The notes under the pieces were generated by a model. It saw nothing but the letters and a program-made list of their open reading frames with translations, ran no database searches and was not told the origin of the DNA. This document shows positions 26,855 to 39,180 of a stretch of 58,839 bases of DNA, in pieces (the first letter of the stretch is position 1; the number at the start of each line of letters is the position of its first letter). The stretch is from positions 1 to 58,839 of the forward strand of contig DAOTYQ010000086.1 in assembly GCA_034434735.1 (NCBI GenBank), in the 5' to 3' direction. This stretch comes from Chloroflexota bacterium (lineage in GTDB: Bacteria; Chloroflexota; Limnocylindria; Limnocylindrales; CSP1-4). Both the position numbers and the translations under genes were made by a program.

Positions 26855-28204
26855 CTACGGCCTGGGCTCGACGAGGCGGCCCGTGCGCCGGATCCGCCGT
26901 CCCATCCCGACCCGCCAGTAGCGGCCGGCGAGGGGTGCCGGGATCGGCTCGTCGTGGGCGGTGGGCCGATGGCCGTTGATCGCGACCGCGCCGCCGGCGA
27001 TGAGCCGTCGGGCTTCGCTGCGCGAGGCGGCAAGGCCCGTCTCGGCCAAAAAGACGGCGACCGGGGCGGCGGCCAGGTGGGCCGGGACGTCGAAGCCGTC
27101 CGCTTCGCGCCAGAGGGCCTCGAGGAGCTCGGGGTCCTCGACTGGCTCGTCGGAGAAGGCGACGGCCGACATCTGCTCGGCTCGTCGGGCAGCCTCCGCC
27201 CCGTGGACGCGGGCCGTGAGGTCTCGGGCGAGGGTCCGCTGGGGGATCCGTGCCTCGGGCCGAGCGGCGCCCTCCTCGAGCAGACCGTCGATCTCGGCCC
27301 GGGCCAGGAGGGTGAAGAAGCGGAGGTACATCGGCGTGTCCGCGTCGGCGGCGTTCAGCCAGTACTGGTAAAAGGCGAAGGGCGAGGTGAGCGCGGGATC
27401 GAGCCACACCGACGTCCCGGCGGTCGTCTTGCCGAACTTCTCGCCCGAGGGGAGGGTCAGGAGCGGGTAACAGAGCCCGTGGGCGAGCTCCTGCCCACTC
27501 CCCTCCTCGCCGCCGCCGAGGACCCGCCGGATCAGCTCGAGACCGGCCGTGATGTTCCCCCACTGGTCGGCACCGCCCATCTGGAGCTCGACACCGTGGA
27601 CCCGGTAGAGGTGGAGGAAGTCGTAGGCCTGCAGGAGCATGTAGCTGAACTCGGTGTACGAGAGGCCCCGCTCGAGCCGGGTTCGGACCGACTCCTTGTC
27701 GAGCATGTAGGGGACGGTGAAGTGCTTCCCGACATCGCGGAGGAACTCGATGAGGGAGAGCCGCCCGAGCCACTCCGCGTTGTCGACCATGAGGGCGGCG
27801 CCCGATCCGGCGTCGAAGTCGAGGAAGCGCTCGAGCTGCCGGCGGATCGCCGCCGCGTTGTCGGCGAGCGTGTCGGGATCGAGGAGGGGGCGCTCCTGGC
27901 TTCGGCCCGAAGGGTCGCCGATCAGCCCGGTCCCGCCACCGACGACGACGACAGGTCGGCCGCCGCGGCGCTGGAGGTGGAGGAGCCCGAAGATCGGCAC
28001 GAGGTTCCCGATGTGGAGGGAGCGGGCCGTCGGGTCGAAGCCGTTGTAGCCGGCGATGGGGCGGCCCGTCGCCAGGCGGGCGGCGAGGCCGGGTGTCGCA
28101 GCGTGGAGCATTCCCCGCCAGCGGAGCTCGTCGAGCAGCCCGGCCAGGCCCTGAGCCGGTTCGGCTCGCGGTCCCGGCTGCGCGAGCGAGGGGGATGGCG
28201 TCAC
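26855..28204 (-). CDS. tyrS: Tyrosine--tRNA ligase
   Basis: HIGH-type motif SLHIGNLV, KMSKS-type motif KFGKT, and a C-terminal S4-like domain. Confidence 0.95.
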   Translation of the reverse strand: MTPSPSLAQPGPRAEPAQGLAGLLDELRWRGMLHAATPGLAARLATGRPIAGYNGFDPTARSLHIGNLVPIFGLLHLQRRGGRPVVVVGGGTGLIGDPSGRSQERPLLDPDTLADNAAAIRRQLERFLDFDAGSGAALMVDNAEWLGRLSLIEFLRDVGKHFTVPYMLDKESVRTRLERGLSYTEFSYMLLQAYDFLHLYRVHGVELQMGGADQWGNITAGLELIRRVLGGGEEGSGQELAHGLCYPLLTLPSGEKFGKTTAGTSVWLDPALTSPFAFYQYWLNAADADTPMYLRFFTLLARAEIDGLLEEGAARPEARIPQRTLARDLTARVHGAEAARRAEQMSAVAFSDEPVEDPELLEALWREADGFDVPAHLAAAPVAVFLAETGLAASRSEARRLIAGGAVAINGHRPTAHDEPIPAPLAGRYWRVGMGRRIRRTGRLVEPRP

Positions 28205-28287
28205 GATCGGAGCGGCCGGGCCGTCCCGGCGACGATGGCCATGTCTGGGAAGCTCATCTCGACGCCTATGCTATCGTCAGCGGCGGC

Positions 28288-31044
28288 ATGAATACCAGCC
28301 TCGCGCGGCGCCAGCGCCAGCGCCGCCTCGGCAACGGCCGGCGCGGCTCGGGCGGGCGGCGGGCGGCGGTGGTCGTCGCCATCGCCCTTCCCCTCTTCCT
28401 CTTCGGGACCTTCGTCGCCGTCGGCCTGGTCGGCCTCGCCGGGGTCGTCCTCGCCTACAACCACTACGCGCAAGGGCTACCGGACCCGCGGACGGTCTTC
28501 GAGAACCTCACCTTCGACCAGCAGACGATCGTCTACGACCGAACCGGGACCGTCGAGCTCGCCCGCCTCGGTTCCGCCCGGCGCGAGCTCGTGACCTTCG
28601 ACGAGATCCCGCCCGAACTCATCGACGCGACGACGGCCATCGAGGACAAGACCTTCTGGGAGAACGTCGGCTTCGACCCCCTCGGCTTCGTCTCGGCGGC
28701 CATCGATACCCTCGCCGGCCGCGAGCGCGGCGGCTCGACCATCACCCAGCAGCTCGTCCGAGCCCGCCTCCTCCCCAAAGAAGCCTTCGCGGGCTCCATT
28801 TACGAGCGCAAGATCCGCGAGATCATCCAGTCGATCCGACTCACCCAGGAATACCCGGGCGTCGAGGGAAAGCAGGAGATCATCACGGCCTACCTGAATC
28901 AAAACTTCTACGGCAACCAGAGCTACGGCGTCAAGGCAGCCGCTCGAGGCTACTGGAACAAGGACCTCTCGGAGCTCAGCCTGGCGCAGATGGCACTCCT
29001 GGCGGCGATCCCCCAGTCGCCGACCAACTTCGACCTCCGCCGGAACGCCATCGAGGAGTGCAGCGTCGAGGTGGCCGAGGACGAGGAATGCCCGCCCGAC
29101 AAGGTTCGCCTCGTCGTCCCGGCCGACCGGGAGGTGGTCATCCGGCGGAACTACATCCTCGATCTCATGAAGACCCGGAGCGTCCTCTCGGGGAGCCGCC
29201 ACACGCTGGCCGACTACGAGGCGGCGAAGCGGGAGCCGGTCGTCCTGACGCCGCCGCCCACGCCACGCTGGATCGCCCCGCACTTCGTCTGGCAGGTTCG
29301 ACGCGAGCTCGGGACGATCCTCTGCGGGGCGGAGCAGGCCGACGCGTGCGAGCGGGTCGACACGGGTGGCTTCCGGGTCATCACGACCCTCGATGTGTCG
29401 ATGCAGCAGACGGCCGAGAAGTGGGTCTACGTCGCCGCCCGAGCCCCCCACGCTCGGAACCCGGACCCGATCCTGGAGCGCTACAAGATCCCGAAGAGCG
29501 ACTGGGCGTGGATCAAGTCACTCCGGGGACGGAACATCCACAACGCGGCGGCCGGGATCATGGACGCTCGAACCGGCGAGATCCTCGCCTACGTCGGGTC
29601 GGCCGGTTACTACGAACAGGGCAATGCCCGCTTCCAGCCCCAGTACGACGTCCTCGGCGACGGCATGCGCCAGCCTGGGTCGGCCATCAAGCCGATCCAC
29701 TACGCCATCGGGATCGACGACCGCGTCCTCACCGCGGCAACCCTCTTCATGGAGGTCGTCACGAACTTCGCTCCGCCGAATCAGAAGGCGTACTACCCGA
29801 CCCAGGCCGACGGCTACGAGCGGGGCCCGGTCCGCCTCCGGTCGGCCCTCCAGTTCTCCCTCAACATCCCGGCCATCAAGGCGGGGATCATCATGGGCCT
29901 CGACCATCTCTTCGCCCGGGCCAAGGACTTCGGCCTTCGCTACGCCCGGAACGCCATCCCCGTCGTCAGCATGTCCATCGGGACCATCGAAGTCCGACCC
30001 ATCGACATGCTCACCGCCTATGCGACGCTCGCCAACGCCGGGGTCCGCATGCCCCGCCAGGTCCTCCGGGAGGTAACCGATCGCTCCGGCGTCCGGATCT
30101 GGCCGACGACCGACAGCCCACCGAAGGGCGAGCGGGTCATCAGCCCCCAGGCGGCCTACATCGTGACCGACATCCTCGCCGGCAACACCGATCCCTCGGT
30201 CAATCCCTACTGGGGCGAGTGGCGGATCATGGATGGCAAGACTCGGCGCGAGGCCGCCTACAAGACGGGGACGACGCAGGACAACCGCGATGTCGCCGCG
30301 TACGGCTACGTTGCCCCGCCCGAGGACCCGAAGGCCCCGCAGATCGTCGTCGGCGTCTGGATGGGGAACAGCAACAACGAGCCGAACAAGGGCAGCCTCT
30401 CCCTCGACTCGTCGGCACCACTCTGGTCGCGGATCATGACCGAGGTGACGCGGGGCCTCCCCCTCGCCCGTTTCCGGGACGCTCGGCCGGGCAGGATCGT
30501 GACCGCCAAGATCGACGCCCACAGTGGCCTGCTGCCGGGGCCCTTCACGACGCGGACCGTGGACGAGATCTTCATCGACGGCACGGTCCCGCGGAGGGTC
30601 GACGATACGAAGATCGCCCTGGAGATCGACTCGGCGACGGGACTCCTCTGGCAAGAGGGCTGTGCTGGACCGCCGGTCACGCAGGGGTTCCTCGACCTGA
30701 GTCGGGTCGAGGCGAACTTCCCCGAGTGGCAGAAAGCGAACGCCGGCTGGATCGAGCGGGCGCGACGGGGCGTCGGCGTCGCCGGCGGCCCGAAGCGGAC
30801 CCGGACGATGTACTTCTACAACCGGGCCTTCGCCCCCTTCGGTCGCACGTGGGGCGCGCCGTTCGCTCCGACGGAGACGTGCACCCCCCTGCCCTCGCCC
30901 TCCCCCTCGCCGGAGCCGAGCTGCGATCCCCTCGCTCCCGAGGGGTGCCCGTCGCTACCACCCGAGCCGAGTCCGCCGCCCGGGCCCGGTGGCGGCGGGG
31001 GCGGCGGCAAGCCACGGCCGAGCCCAACGCTTTCGCCGAGCTGA
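28288..31044 (+). CDS. Class A penicillin-binding protein (glycosyltransferase + transpeptidase)
   Basis: N-terminal TM helix. GT51 motifs AIEDKTFWEN and RGGSTITQQL. Transpeptidase motifs GSAIKP (SxxK) and KTGTT. Pro/Ser/Gly-rich tail. ATG 28288 is internal to track ORF 28093..31044. Confidence 0.93.
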   Translation: MNTSLARRQRQRRLGNGRRGSGGRRAAVVVAIALPLFLFGTFVAVGLVGLAGVVLAYNHYAQGLPDPRTVFENLTFDQQTIVYDRTGTVELARLGSARRELVTFDEIPPELIDATTAIEDKTFWENVGFDPLGFVSAAIDTLAGRERGGSTITQQLVRARLLPKEAFAGSIYERKIREIIQSIRLTQEYPGVEGKQEIITAYLNQNFYGNQSYGVKAAARGYWNKDLSELSLAQMALLAAIPQSPTNFDLRRNAIEECSVEVAEDEECPPDKVRLVVPADREVVIRRNYILDLMKTRSVLSGSRHTLADYEAAKREPVVLTPPPTPRWIAPHFVWQVRRELGTILCGAEQADACERVDTGGFRVITTLDVSMQQTAEKWVYVAARAPHARNPDPILERYKIPKSDWAWIKSLRGRNIHNAAAGIMDARTGEILAYVGSAGYYEQGNARFQPQYDVLGDGMRQPGSAIKPIHYAIGIDDRVLTAATLFMEVVTNFAPPNQKAYYPTQADGYERGPVRLRSALQFSLNIPAIKAGIIMGLDHLFARAKDFGLRYARNAIPVVSMSIGTIEVRPIDMLTAYATLANAGVRMPRQVLREVTDRSGVRIWPTTDSPPKGERVISPQAAYIVTDILAGNTDPSVNPYWGEWRIMDGKTRREAAYKTGTTQDNRDVAAYGYVAPPEDPKAPQIVVGVWMGNSNNEPNKGSLSLDSSAPLWSRIMTEVTRGLPLARFRDARPGRIVTAKIDAHSGLLPGPFTTRTVDEIFIDGTVPRRVDDTKIALEIDSATGLLWQEGCAGPPVTQGFLDLSRVEANFPEWQKANAGWIERARRGVGVAGGPKRTRTMYFYNRAFAPFGRTWGAPFAPTETCTPLPSPSPSPEPSCDPLAPEGCPSLPPEPSPPPGPGGGGGGGKPRPSPTLSPS

Positions 31045-31077
31045 GGGCGATCCGGCCGGAGCCGCCGAAGGCACCGA

Positions 31078-33423
<2,346 letters not shown>

Positions 33424-33433
33424 GGTCGGGGGC

Positions 33434-34213
33434 TCAGCGGCTCGCGGCCGGCGCCGGCGGTCGTGGGCGCGAGACGGCCGGATGGTCGGCGATGGCGAGT
33501 CGCCAGGGCAGCAGGCGCCACGGGTCGCCGGCGTAGTCGACGCCGACCCGCGGGCCGACCGCCACGGCCGGCTCCGGCTCGCCGGCCGGCCGCCCGAGGA
33601 GGCGCAGCGGCGAGCCCGGGTCGCACAGATCGACGCCCGACCAACTCGGGTCGAGGCCGAGGACGGCCCCGACGAGGCCGGGCCCGCTGGCCAACCGCTC
33701 GGTAGGGAGGGCCTCGATCCGGGCGAGCTCGCGGGCGACCCGCTCCGGCAACCAGCGATGGCGGGACGCAGCGACGGTAACCCTGGCCTGCCGCATCGCC
33801 TCGAGGCCGACGAGGGGTTCGATGGCTCGGACGAGGACCGCCGCCGGCGACCCGGCGGGTTCCGTCACGACGTTCAGGCAGTCGTACATGCCGTAGACAC
33901 GGTAGACGTAGGCGTGGCCCGGCGGCCCGAACATGACCCTGTTCCGGGCCGTCGGCCCGAAGCGGGCGTGACAGGCTCGGTCCTCGACCCCGATGTACGC
34001 CTCGACCTCGACGATCCGGCCCGCCCGGACGACATCGCCCGGGCCGTGGCGGACGACGATGGCGCCAAGGAGAGCCCGGGCCACTTCGAGGGTCGGACCG
34101 GCGAGGCGTGCCCGCGCCACGAGGGCGAGGTCCCCGAGGAGGTCCGCCGCCTCACCGGACCCGAGGACCGAGGGCGGGCTGCAATGCTCAAGCCGGGGTG
34201 CCGTAGAGGCCAC
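33434..34213 (-). CDS. mpg: DNA-3-methyladenine glycosylase (Mpg/AAG family)
   Basis: Motifs IVEVEAYIG..D.ACHA and FGPPGHAYVYRVYGMYDCLNVV. The start is uncertain because the ORF overlaps the cvpA end. Confidence 0.88.
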   Translation of the reverse strand: MASTAPRLEHCSPPSVLGSGEAADLLGDLALVARARLAGPTLEVARALLGAIVVRHGPGDVVRAGRIVEVEAYIGVEDRACHARFGPTARNRVMFGPPGHAYVYRVYGMYDCLNVVTEPAGSPAAVLVRAIEPLVGLEAMRQARVTVAASRHRWLPERVARELARIEALPTERLASGPGLVGAVLGLDPSWSGVDLCDPGSPLRLLGRPAGEPEPAVAVGPRVGVDYAGDPWRLLPWRLAIADHPAVSRPRPPAPAASR

Positions 34214-34778
34214 GGACCGCGTCGGGAACGAACCCGCCGAGGACGGCGAAGAAGGCCGGCACGAGGGTTCCTCGGAACAGGACGGCCGTCCCCGACGGAT
34301 CGTAGGCGTTGAAGAGGTCGCGGAGCACGGCGAGTTCGTTCGGGTTCGGCGCGATGCCCGGGAGCCGGAAGAAGGAGTCGAGGACGACGATCATCGCCCC
34401 GAGGATGACGCAGCCCTGGACGACGCCGACGGCACCGCCGAGGAGCTCGTCGAGGAAGCTCGCCCGGGCGAAGAGCGGCTGGGGCCGATAGAAGCCCTGG
34501 ATGACGAGGCTGAAGGCGATGCTCGCCGCGACGAAGACGACGCCGTAGCCGATCATGAAGCTGTACTCGCGCGGCAGGTGGGTCCAGTTGGCCGCCAGGA
34601 ACGCCCCGAGCGGGTCACGGAGCTGGCTGGCGAGGAGGAAGGAAAAGGTGATCGCCGCCACTCCGAGGAGCCTGCGGATCGTCCCCTGGATCACCCCGAG
34701 GATGAACATGGCGAAGAGGAAGAGGATGGCCAGCAGGTCAAAGAGGTAGATCGACCGCAGAAATTCGGCTACGTCCAC
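34188..34778 (-). CDS. cvpA: CvpA-family membrane protein
   Basis: Four hydrophobic segments and the motif FDLLAILFLFAMFILGVIQG typical of CvpA. GTG 34778 has GGGGAG 7 nt upstream and is internal to track ORF 34188..35417. Confidence 0.85.
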   Translation of the reverse strand: MDVAEFLRSIYLFDLLAILFLFAMFILGVIQGTIRRLLGVAAITFSFLLASQLRDPLGAFLAANWTHLPREYSFMIGYGVVFVAASIAFSLVIQGFYRPQPLFARASFLDELLGGAVGVVQGCVILGAMIVVLDSFFRLPGIAPNPNELAVLRDLFNAYDPSGTAVLFRGTLVPAFFAVLGGFVPDAVRGLYGTPA

Positions 34779-35007
34779 CGAGCGCTCCCCAAACTGTCCA
34801 GCCGGAGCACGGTGCCCCGACGGCCGATGGGCAAGGGTATCAGCGCCCGTGGCGCGGCCGCAAGGCGCACCGCGCAGGACGGTGTTCGGCGCCGGCTCGT
34901 GGCTGCCCGCCGCTGGGATCGTGCCTTCGGAGCCACGACGACCGTTGGACTCGCCGCGACCGCAGCGGCGGCGGGGCCTTCGCTCCCGTCCCTGCCGGGA
35001 CCGCTCG

Positions 35008-37506
35008 CTAGCTCCGGATCCGGCCGGCGACCTCGCGGCCGAGCGCTTCGACGACCGTGGCCATGACCGCCTCGATCTCCTCCTCGGTGAGGGTCCGCCC
35101 CTCGGCCCAAAAGGTGAGCCGGTAGGCGAGGCTCCGTTCGCCGGCTCCGAGGGGTGCCCCCCGATAGAGATCGAAGAGCCGGAGGCGGCGCAGAAGCGGG
35201 CCGGCCGATCGCCGGATCGCCTCGGCGACCCGAGCGGCCGGTACCTCGTCGGCGACGACGACCGCGAGGTCGCGCTCGACGGCGGGGTGCCGCGGCGGCG
35301 CGGCGACCTTCGGCGGCTCGATCCTGCCGGCCCCGAGCCCGCGGACGGCGAGCTCGGCGACGACGAGCCGCTCGCGAACTTCGAGCTCGTCGAGACGCGC
35401 CGGATGGAGTTCTCCAACGATCCCGACGAGGCCGAGCTCGCCCGCTCCGTCGACGAGGGGTGCCGTCAGCCGCGCCGTCCGACCGGGATGGAAGGCGGGT
35501 TCATCCTCCTCGACGGTGAAGGTCGGCGTCCCATACCCGAGCACCGCCGCCAGGAGCTCGACGAGCCCCTTGGCGTCGTCGAGATCGAAGCTCCGCCGGG
35601 GCAGGAGTGGCGACGGCGGATGGGCGACCCCGCAGAGGGCGATCCCGAGGCGCCACCACTCCACCGGGCCGGTGGCCGCCCGCCCGTAGCCCTTGCCGAC
35701 CTCGAAGACGGCGACGCCCGGCCGGCCGCGCCGGAGGTTGAGGACGACGACGTCGATGAGGCTCGGAAGGAGGTTCTGACGGAGGACCGAGTGGAGGCTC
35801 GACAGCGGGTTCGTCACCCGGATCGGGGTCAGGACCGGGTCCGGATCGTCGAGGGACGGGACGGGCCGGCGGAGCCGGTAGGCCTCGAGCGCCTCCGGGG
35901 CGACGAGGGCGTGGGTGACGACCTCGGCCAGTCCGGCTCCGACGAGGGCGGCACGGACGGCGTCCCGGACGGCGGTGATCGAGGGGCGGTATCGCGGCAT
36001 CGGCGTGTCGGGCAACGTGCCCGGCACGAGCTCGTAGCCGCGGACGCGAGCGATCTCCTCGGCGATGTCGGCCTCGATGGCGAGATCCCGTCGCCAGGGC
36101 GGGACGACGGCGACGAGGCTCTCGGTCGGAGCGGCGGCTACGCTCCGCGGCGCCTCGCCGGCGACGATGGGGATCCGGACTTCCCCGCCGGCCGGTTCCG
36201 TCTCGACGCCGACCCGGGCGAGGAGGCGGCGCTGCTCCTCGGTCGACAGCTCGCTTCCCAGGAGCCGGTTGACCCGAGCCGGGCGGAAGGCAAGCCGGGC
36301 CCGCTCCGGCTCGTGGGGGTTCGTGTCGACCCGGCCGCGGGCGACGGTACCGCCGGCCCAGGCGAGGATGAGTCGAGCCGTCCGGTCGGCACCGAGGCGG
36401 GCGAGGCCGAACTCCTGGCCCTTCTCGAAGCGGAGGCTCGCCTCCGACCGGAGTCCGTACCGGAAGGCCGTCCGGCGGATGCTGACCGGATCGAAGATCG
36501 CCGACTCGATGATGACCGAGCGCGTCGTCTCGCCGACCTCGGAGCCGGCCCCGCCCATGACCCCGGCGATGGCGAGGGGTCCCCGCGAGTCGGCGATGAG
36601 GAGCGTCTCCGGGTCGAGTTGCCGGATCTCGTGATCGATGGTTTCCAGCGATTCGCCGGCTCGAGCTCGGCGGACCACGATCCGCCCCCCCTCGACGGCC
36701 GCGGCGTCGAAGGTGTGGATCGGCTTGCCGAGCTCGAGCATGACGTAGTTCGAGGCGTCGACGACGTTGCTGACCGGTCGCAGCCCCGCGGCGATGAGCC
36801 GCATCTGGACCCGATCTGGCGCGGGTCCCACCCGGACACCGTCGACCCAGCGGCCGACGAAGCGCGTGCAGAGGGCGGGCTCCTCCACCCTGACCGAGAG
36901 CAGCTCGTCCACCGGCGGACCATCCTCGACCACCCCGGTCGGCGGGAGGCGGACCGGGGCCCCGGTGGCGGCGCTCACCTCGCGGGCCAGACCGACCAGC
37001 GAGAGCGCGTCACCGCGGTTCGGCTTGACGTCGACGTCGAGGACGACGTCGCCGAAGAGGTCCGCCAGGGGCCGTCCGATCGGTGCGTCGGGCGGCAGGA
37101 TGAGGATCCCGTCGGCGTCGGTCGTGAGCCGCAGCTCGTCGCCGGAGCAGAGCATCCCGTCGCTGACGACCCCGAGCTTCTCGGCCCGCTCGATCCGCCG
37201 ACTGCCGGGCAGGACCGCCCCCGGCAGGGCGACCGGGACCCGCTGGCCGGCGGCGATGTTCGTCGCCCCGCAGACGATCTCACGGATGGCGCCGTCGCCG
37301 ACGTCGACCCGGACCAGGGAGAGCCGCTCGCTGTTCGGATGCCGTTCGACCGCGACGAGTTCGCCGACGACGACCGACTGCCAGTCCGCACCCCAGCGCT
37401 CGATGCCCTTCACCTCCATCCCGAGGAGGGTGAGCCGTTCGGCGAGCTGCTCGGGCGTCAGCTCGATCTCGACGTAGTCGGCCAGCCAGGAGAGCGGGAC
37501 CCTCAC
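35008..37506 (-). CDS. pheT: Phenylalanine--tRNA ligase beta subunit
   Basis: Motif VRVPLSWLADYVEI, N-terminal tRNA-binding domain, B3/4 and B5 domains, and a C-terminal FDX-ACB domain. GTG 37506 overlaps the pheS stop (GTGA). Confidence 0.95.
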   Translation of the reverse strand: MRVPLSWLADYVEIELTPEQLAERLTLLGMEVKGIERWGADWQSVVVGELVAVERHPNSERLSLVRVDVGDGAIREIVCGATNIAAGQRVPVALPGAVLPGSRRIERAEKLGVVSDGMLCSGDELRLTTDADGILILPPDAPIGRPLADLFGDVVLDVDVKPNRGDALSLVGLAREVSAATGAPVRLPPTGVVEDGPPVDELLSVRVEEPALCTRFVGRWVDGVRVGPAPDRVQMRLIAAGLRPVSNVVDASNYVMLELGKPIHTFDAAAVEGGRIVVRRARAGESLETIDHEIRQLDPETLLIADSRGPLAIAGVMGGAGSEVGETTRSVIIESAIFDPVSIRRTAFRYGLRSEASLRFEKGQEFGLARLGADRTARLILAWAGGTVARGRVDTNPHEPERARLAFRPARVNRLLGSELSTEEQRRLLARVGVETEPAGGEVRIPIVAGEAPRSVAAAPTESLVAVVPPWRRDLAIEADIAEEIARVRGYELVPGTLPDTPMPRYRPSITAVRDAVRAALVGAGLAEVVTHALVAPEALEAYRLRRPVPSLDDPDPVLTPIRVTNPLSSLHSVLRQNLLPSLIDVVVLNLRRGRPGVAVFEVGKGYGRAATGPVEWWRLGIALCGVAHPPSPLLPRRSFDLDDAKGLVELLAAVLGYGTPTFTVEEDEPAFHPGRTARLTAPLVDGAGELGLVGIVGELHPARLDELEVRERLVVAELAVRGLGAGRIEPPKVAAPPRHPAVERDLAVVVADEVPAARVAEAIRRSAGPLLRRLRLFDLYRGAPLGAGERSLAYRLTFWAEGRTLTEEEIEAVMATVVEALGREVAGRIRS

Positions 37507-38549
37507 CGGAACTGCTCCAGGAAGCGCAGGTCGTTCTCGAGGTAGTAGCGCAGGTCGGCGACGGCGTGGCGAAGGTTGGCGATCCGTTCGACGCCCATCC
37601 CGAAGGCGAAGCCCTGGTAGCGCTCGGGATCGAGACCCCCGTACTGAAGGACGACGGGATGGACCATGCCCGCCCCGAGGATCGTCATCCAGCCGGTCCG
37701 AGAGCAGGCCGGACAACCGGCCCCGTCGCAGACGACGCAGCCGACGTCGAAGGCGACCGAGGGCTCCGTGAACGGGTAGTAACCGGGCCGGAAGCGGGTC
37801 GGACGCCCGCTCCCGAAGAGGGCGCCGGCGAACTCGTCGAGGAGGCCCCGCAAATCGGCCATCGACGTCCCCTCGTCGATCATGAGCCCCTCGACCTGGA
37901 AGAACTCGAAGCCGTGGGAGGCGTCGACGGCCTCGTAGCGGAAGCACCGTCCCGGGAGGAGGGCCCGGATCGGGGGCCGCTCCTGGGCCATGACCCGGAT
38001 CTGACCGGGCGAGGTGTGGGTCCGGAGCAGGTACCCGTCGAGGTCGACGTAGAGGGTGTCCCAGAGGTCCCGGGCCGGGTGGTCGACCGGGATGTTCAGC
38101 ATCTGGAAGTTGTAGACGTCGGTCTCGACCTCGGGCCCCTCGTAGACGACGAAGCCGAACTGGCCGAAGACGTCGGCGATGGCCGCGATGGTCTCGTTGA
38201 TCGGGTGGCGGGTCCCCCGGGGCACCGGCCGCCCGGGGAGGCTGACGTCGACGCGCTCGGCGGCGATCCGAGCGGCGATGGCCTCGGCGCGGAGCGCGTC
38301 TCGGCGGGCGGCGAAGGCGGCCTCGAGCGCCTCCCGGACGGCGTTGGCGACGGCACCGACCCGCGGCCGATCCTCGGGCGGGAGGGCGCCGATGCCGCGC
38401 AGGACCGTCGTCAGGCGGCCCTTCTTGCCGAGGGCCTCCACCTGGAGCCGGTCGAGGCTCGCCAGGTCAGACGCGCGGGCGACGGCCGCGAGGGTCTCCT
38501 CGCGGAGGCGCTCGAGCTGCCGGGTCAGCCCGGCCAGATCGACGGACAC
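37503..38549 (-). CDS. pheS: Phenylalanine--tRNA ligase alpha subunit
   Basis: Motif FQMLNIPVDHPARDLWDT plus class II motifs (FRPGYYPFTEPS, GFAFGMGVERI). Confidence 0.96.
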   Translation of the reverse strand: MSVDLAGLTRQLERLREETLAAVARASDLASLDRLQVEALGKKGRLTTVLRGIGALPPEDRPRVGAVANAVREALEAAFAARRDALRAEAIAARIAAERVDVSLPGRPVPRGTRHPINETIAAIADVFGQFGFVVYEGPEVETDVYNFQMLNIPVDHPARDLWDTLYVDLDGYLLRTHTSPGQIRVMAQERPPIRALLPGRCFRYEAVDASHGFEFFQVEGLMIDEGTSMADLRGLLDEFAGALFGSGRPTRFRPGYYPFTEPSVAFDVGCVVCDGAGCPACSRTGWMTILGAGMVHPVVLQYGGLDPERYQGFAFGMGVERIANLRHAVADLRYYLENDLRFLEQFR

Positions 38550-38609
38550 GGCTGGGGCGATGGATGGCTGGCAGCCGCTCGGCCTGGCACGACGGCGAGC
38601 GCCGGGCCG

Positions 38610-38960
38610 TCAGGCCTCGCGGGCGACAGCGGCGATCCGCCCGAAGGTCTCGGCGTCGCGGACGGCGATGTCGGCGAGGATCTTCCGATCGAGGGCGACG
38701 TTCGCCCGGCGGAGACCGGCGACGAGACGGCCGTAGGTCAGGCCGTGGAGCCGGGCGGCCGCATTGATCCGGACGATCCAGAGCTGGCGGAGCTGCCGCT
38801 TGCGCTGCTTCCGGTCCCGGGTCGCGTAGGCGAGGGCGTGGAGGAGCGCCTCGCGGGCCGGCTTGACGAGCTTCGACCGGGTCCCCTTCCGACCCTCGGC
38901 CGCCTCGAGGAGGCGCTTGTGACGGCGGTGGGCGGTGACCCCACGCTTGACACGAGTCAT
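38610..38960 (-). CDS. rplT: 50S ribosomal protein L20
   Basis: Motifs MTRVKRGVTAHRRHKRLL and RRQLRQLWIVRINAAAR. Confidence 0.97.
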   Translation of the reverse strand: MTRVKRGVTAHRRHKRLLEAAEGRKGTRSKLVKPAREALLHALAYATRDRKQRKRQLRQLWIVRINAAARLHGLTYGRLVAGLRRANVALDRKILADIAVRDAETFGRIAAVAREA

Positions 38961-38975
38961 CGTCGGCTCGCCTTT

Positions 38976-39173
38976 CTAGAGGTACGGGAGGAGGCGCCGG
39001 ATCTGGCGGGCATGCTCGGGGCCGAGGATCGCCTTGCCCTGGTAGCGGCGGGTCCGCCGCGAGGGCTTGATCTCGAGGTGGTGGCCCCGCCAGGCCTTGA
39101 CGCGGATGTACTTGCCGCTCCCGCTGACGCCGATGCGCTTCGCCGCGGCGCGGTGGCTCTTCATCTTCGGCAC
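38976..39173 (-). CDS. rpmI: 50S ribosomal protein L35
   Basis: Motif MPKMKSHRAAAKR. 65 aa. Confidence 0.95.
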   Translation of the reverse strand: MPKMKSHRAAAKRIGVSGSGKYIRVKAWRGHHLEIKPSRRTRRYQGKAILGPEHARQIRRLLPYL

Positions 39174-39180
39174 GTTTCGA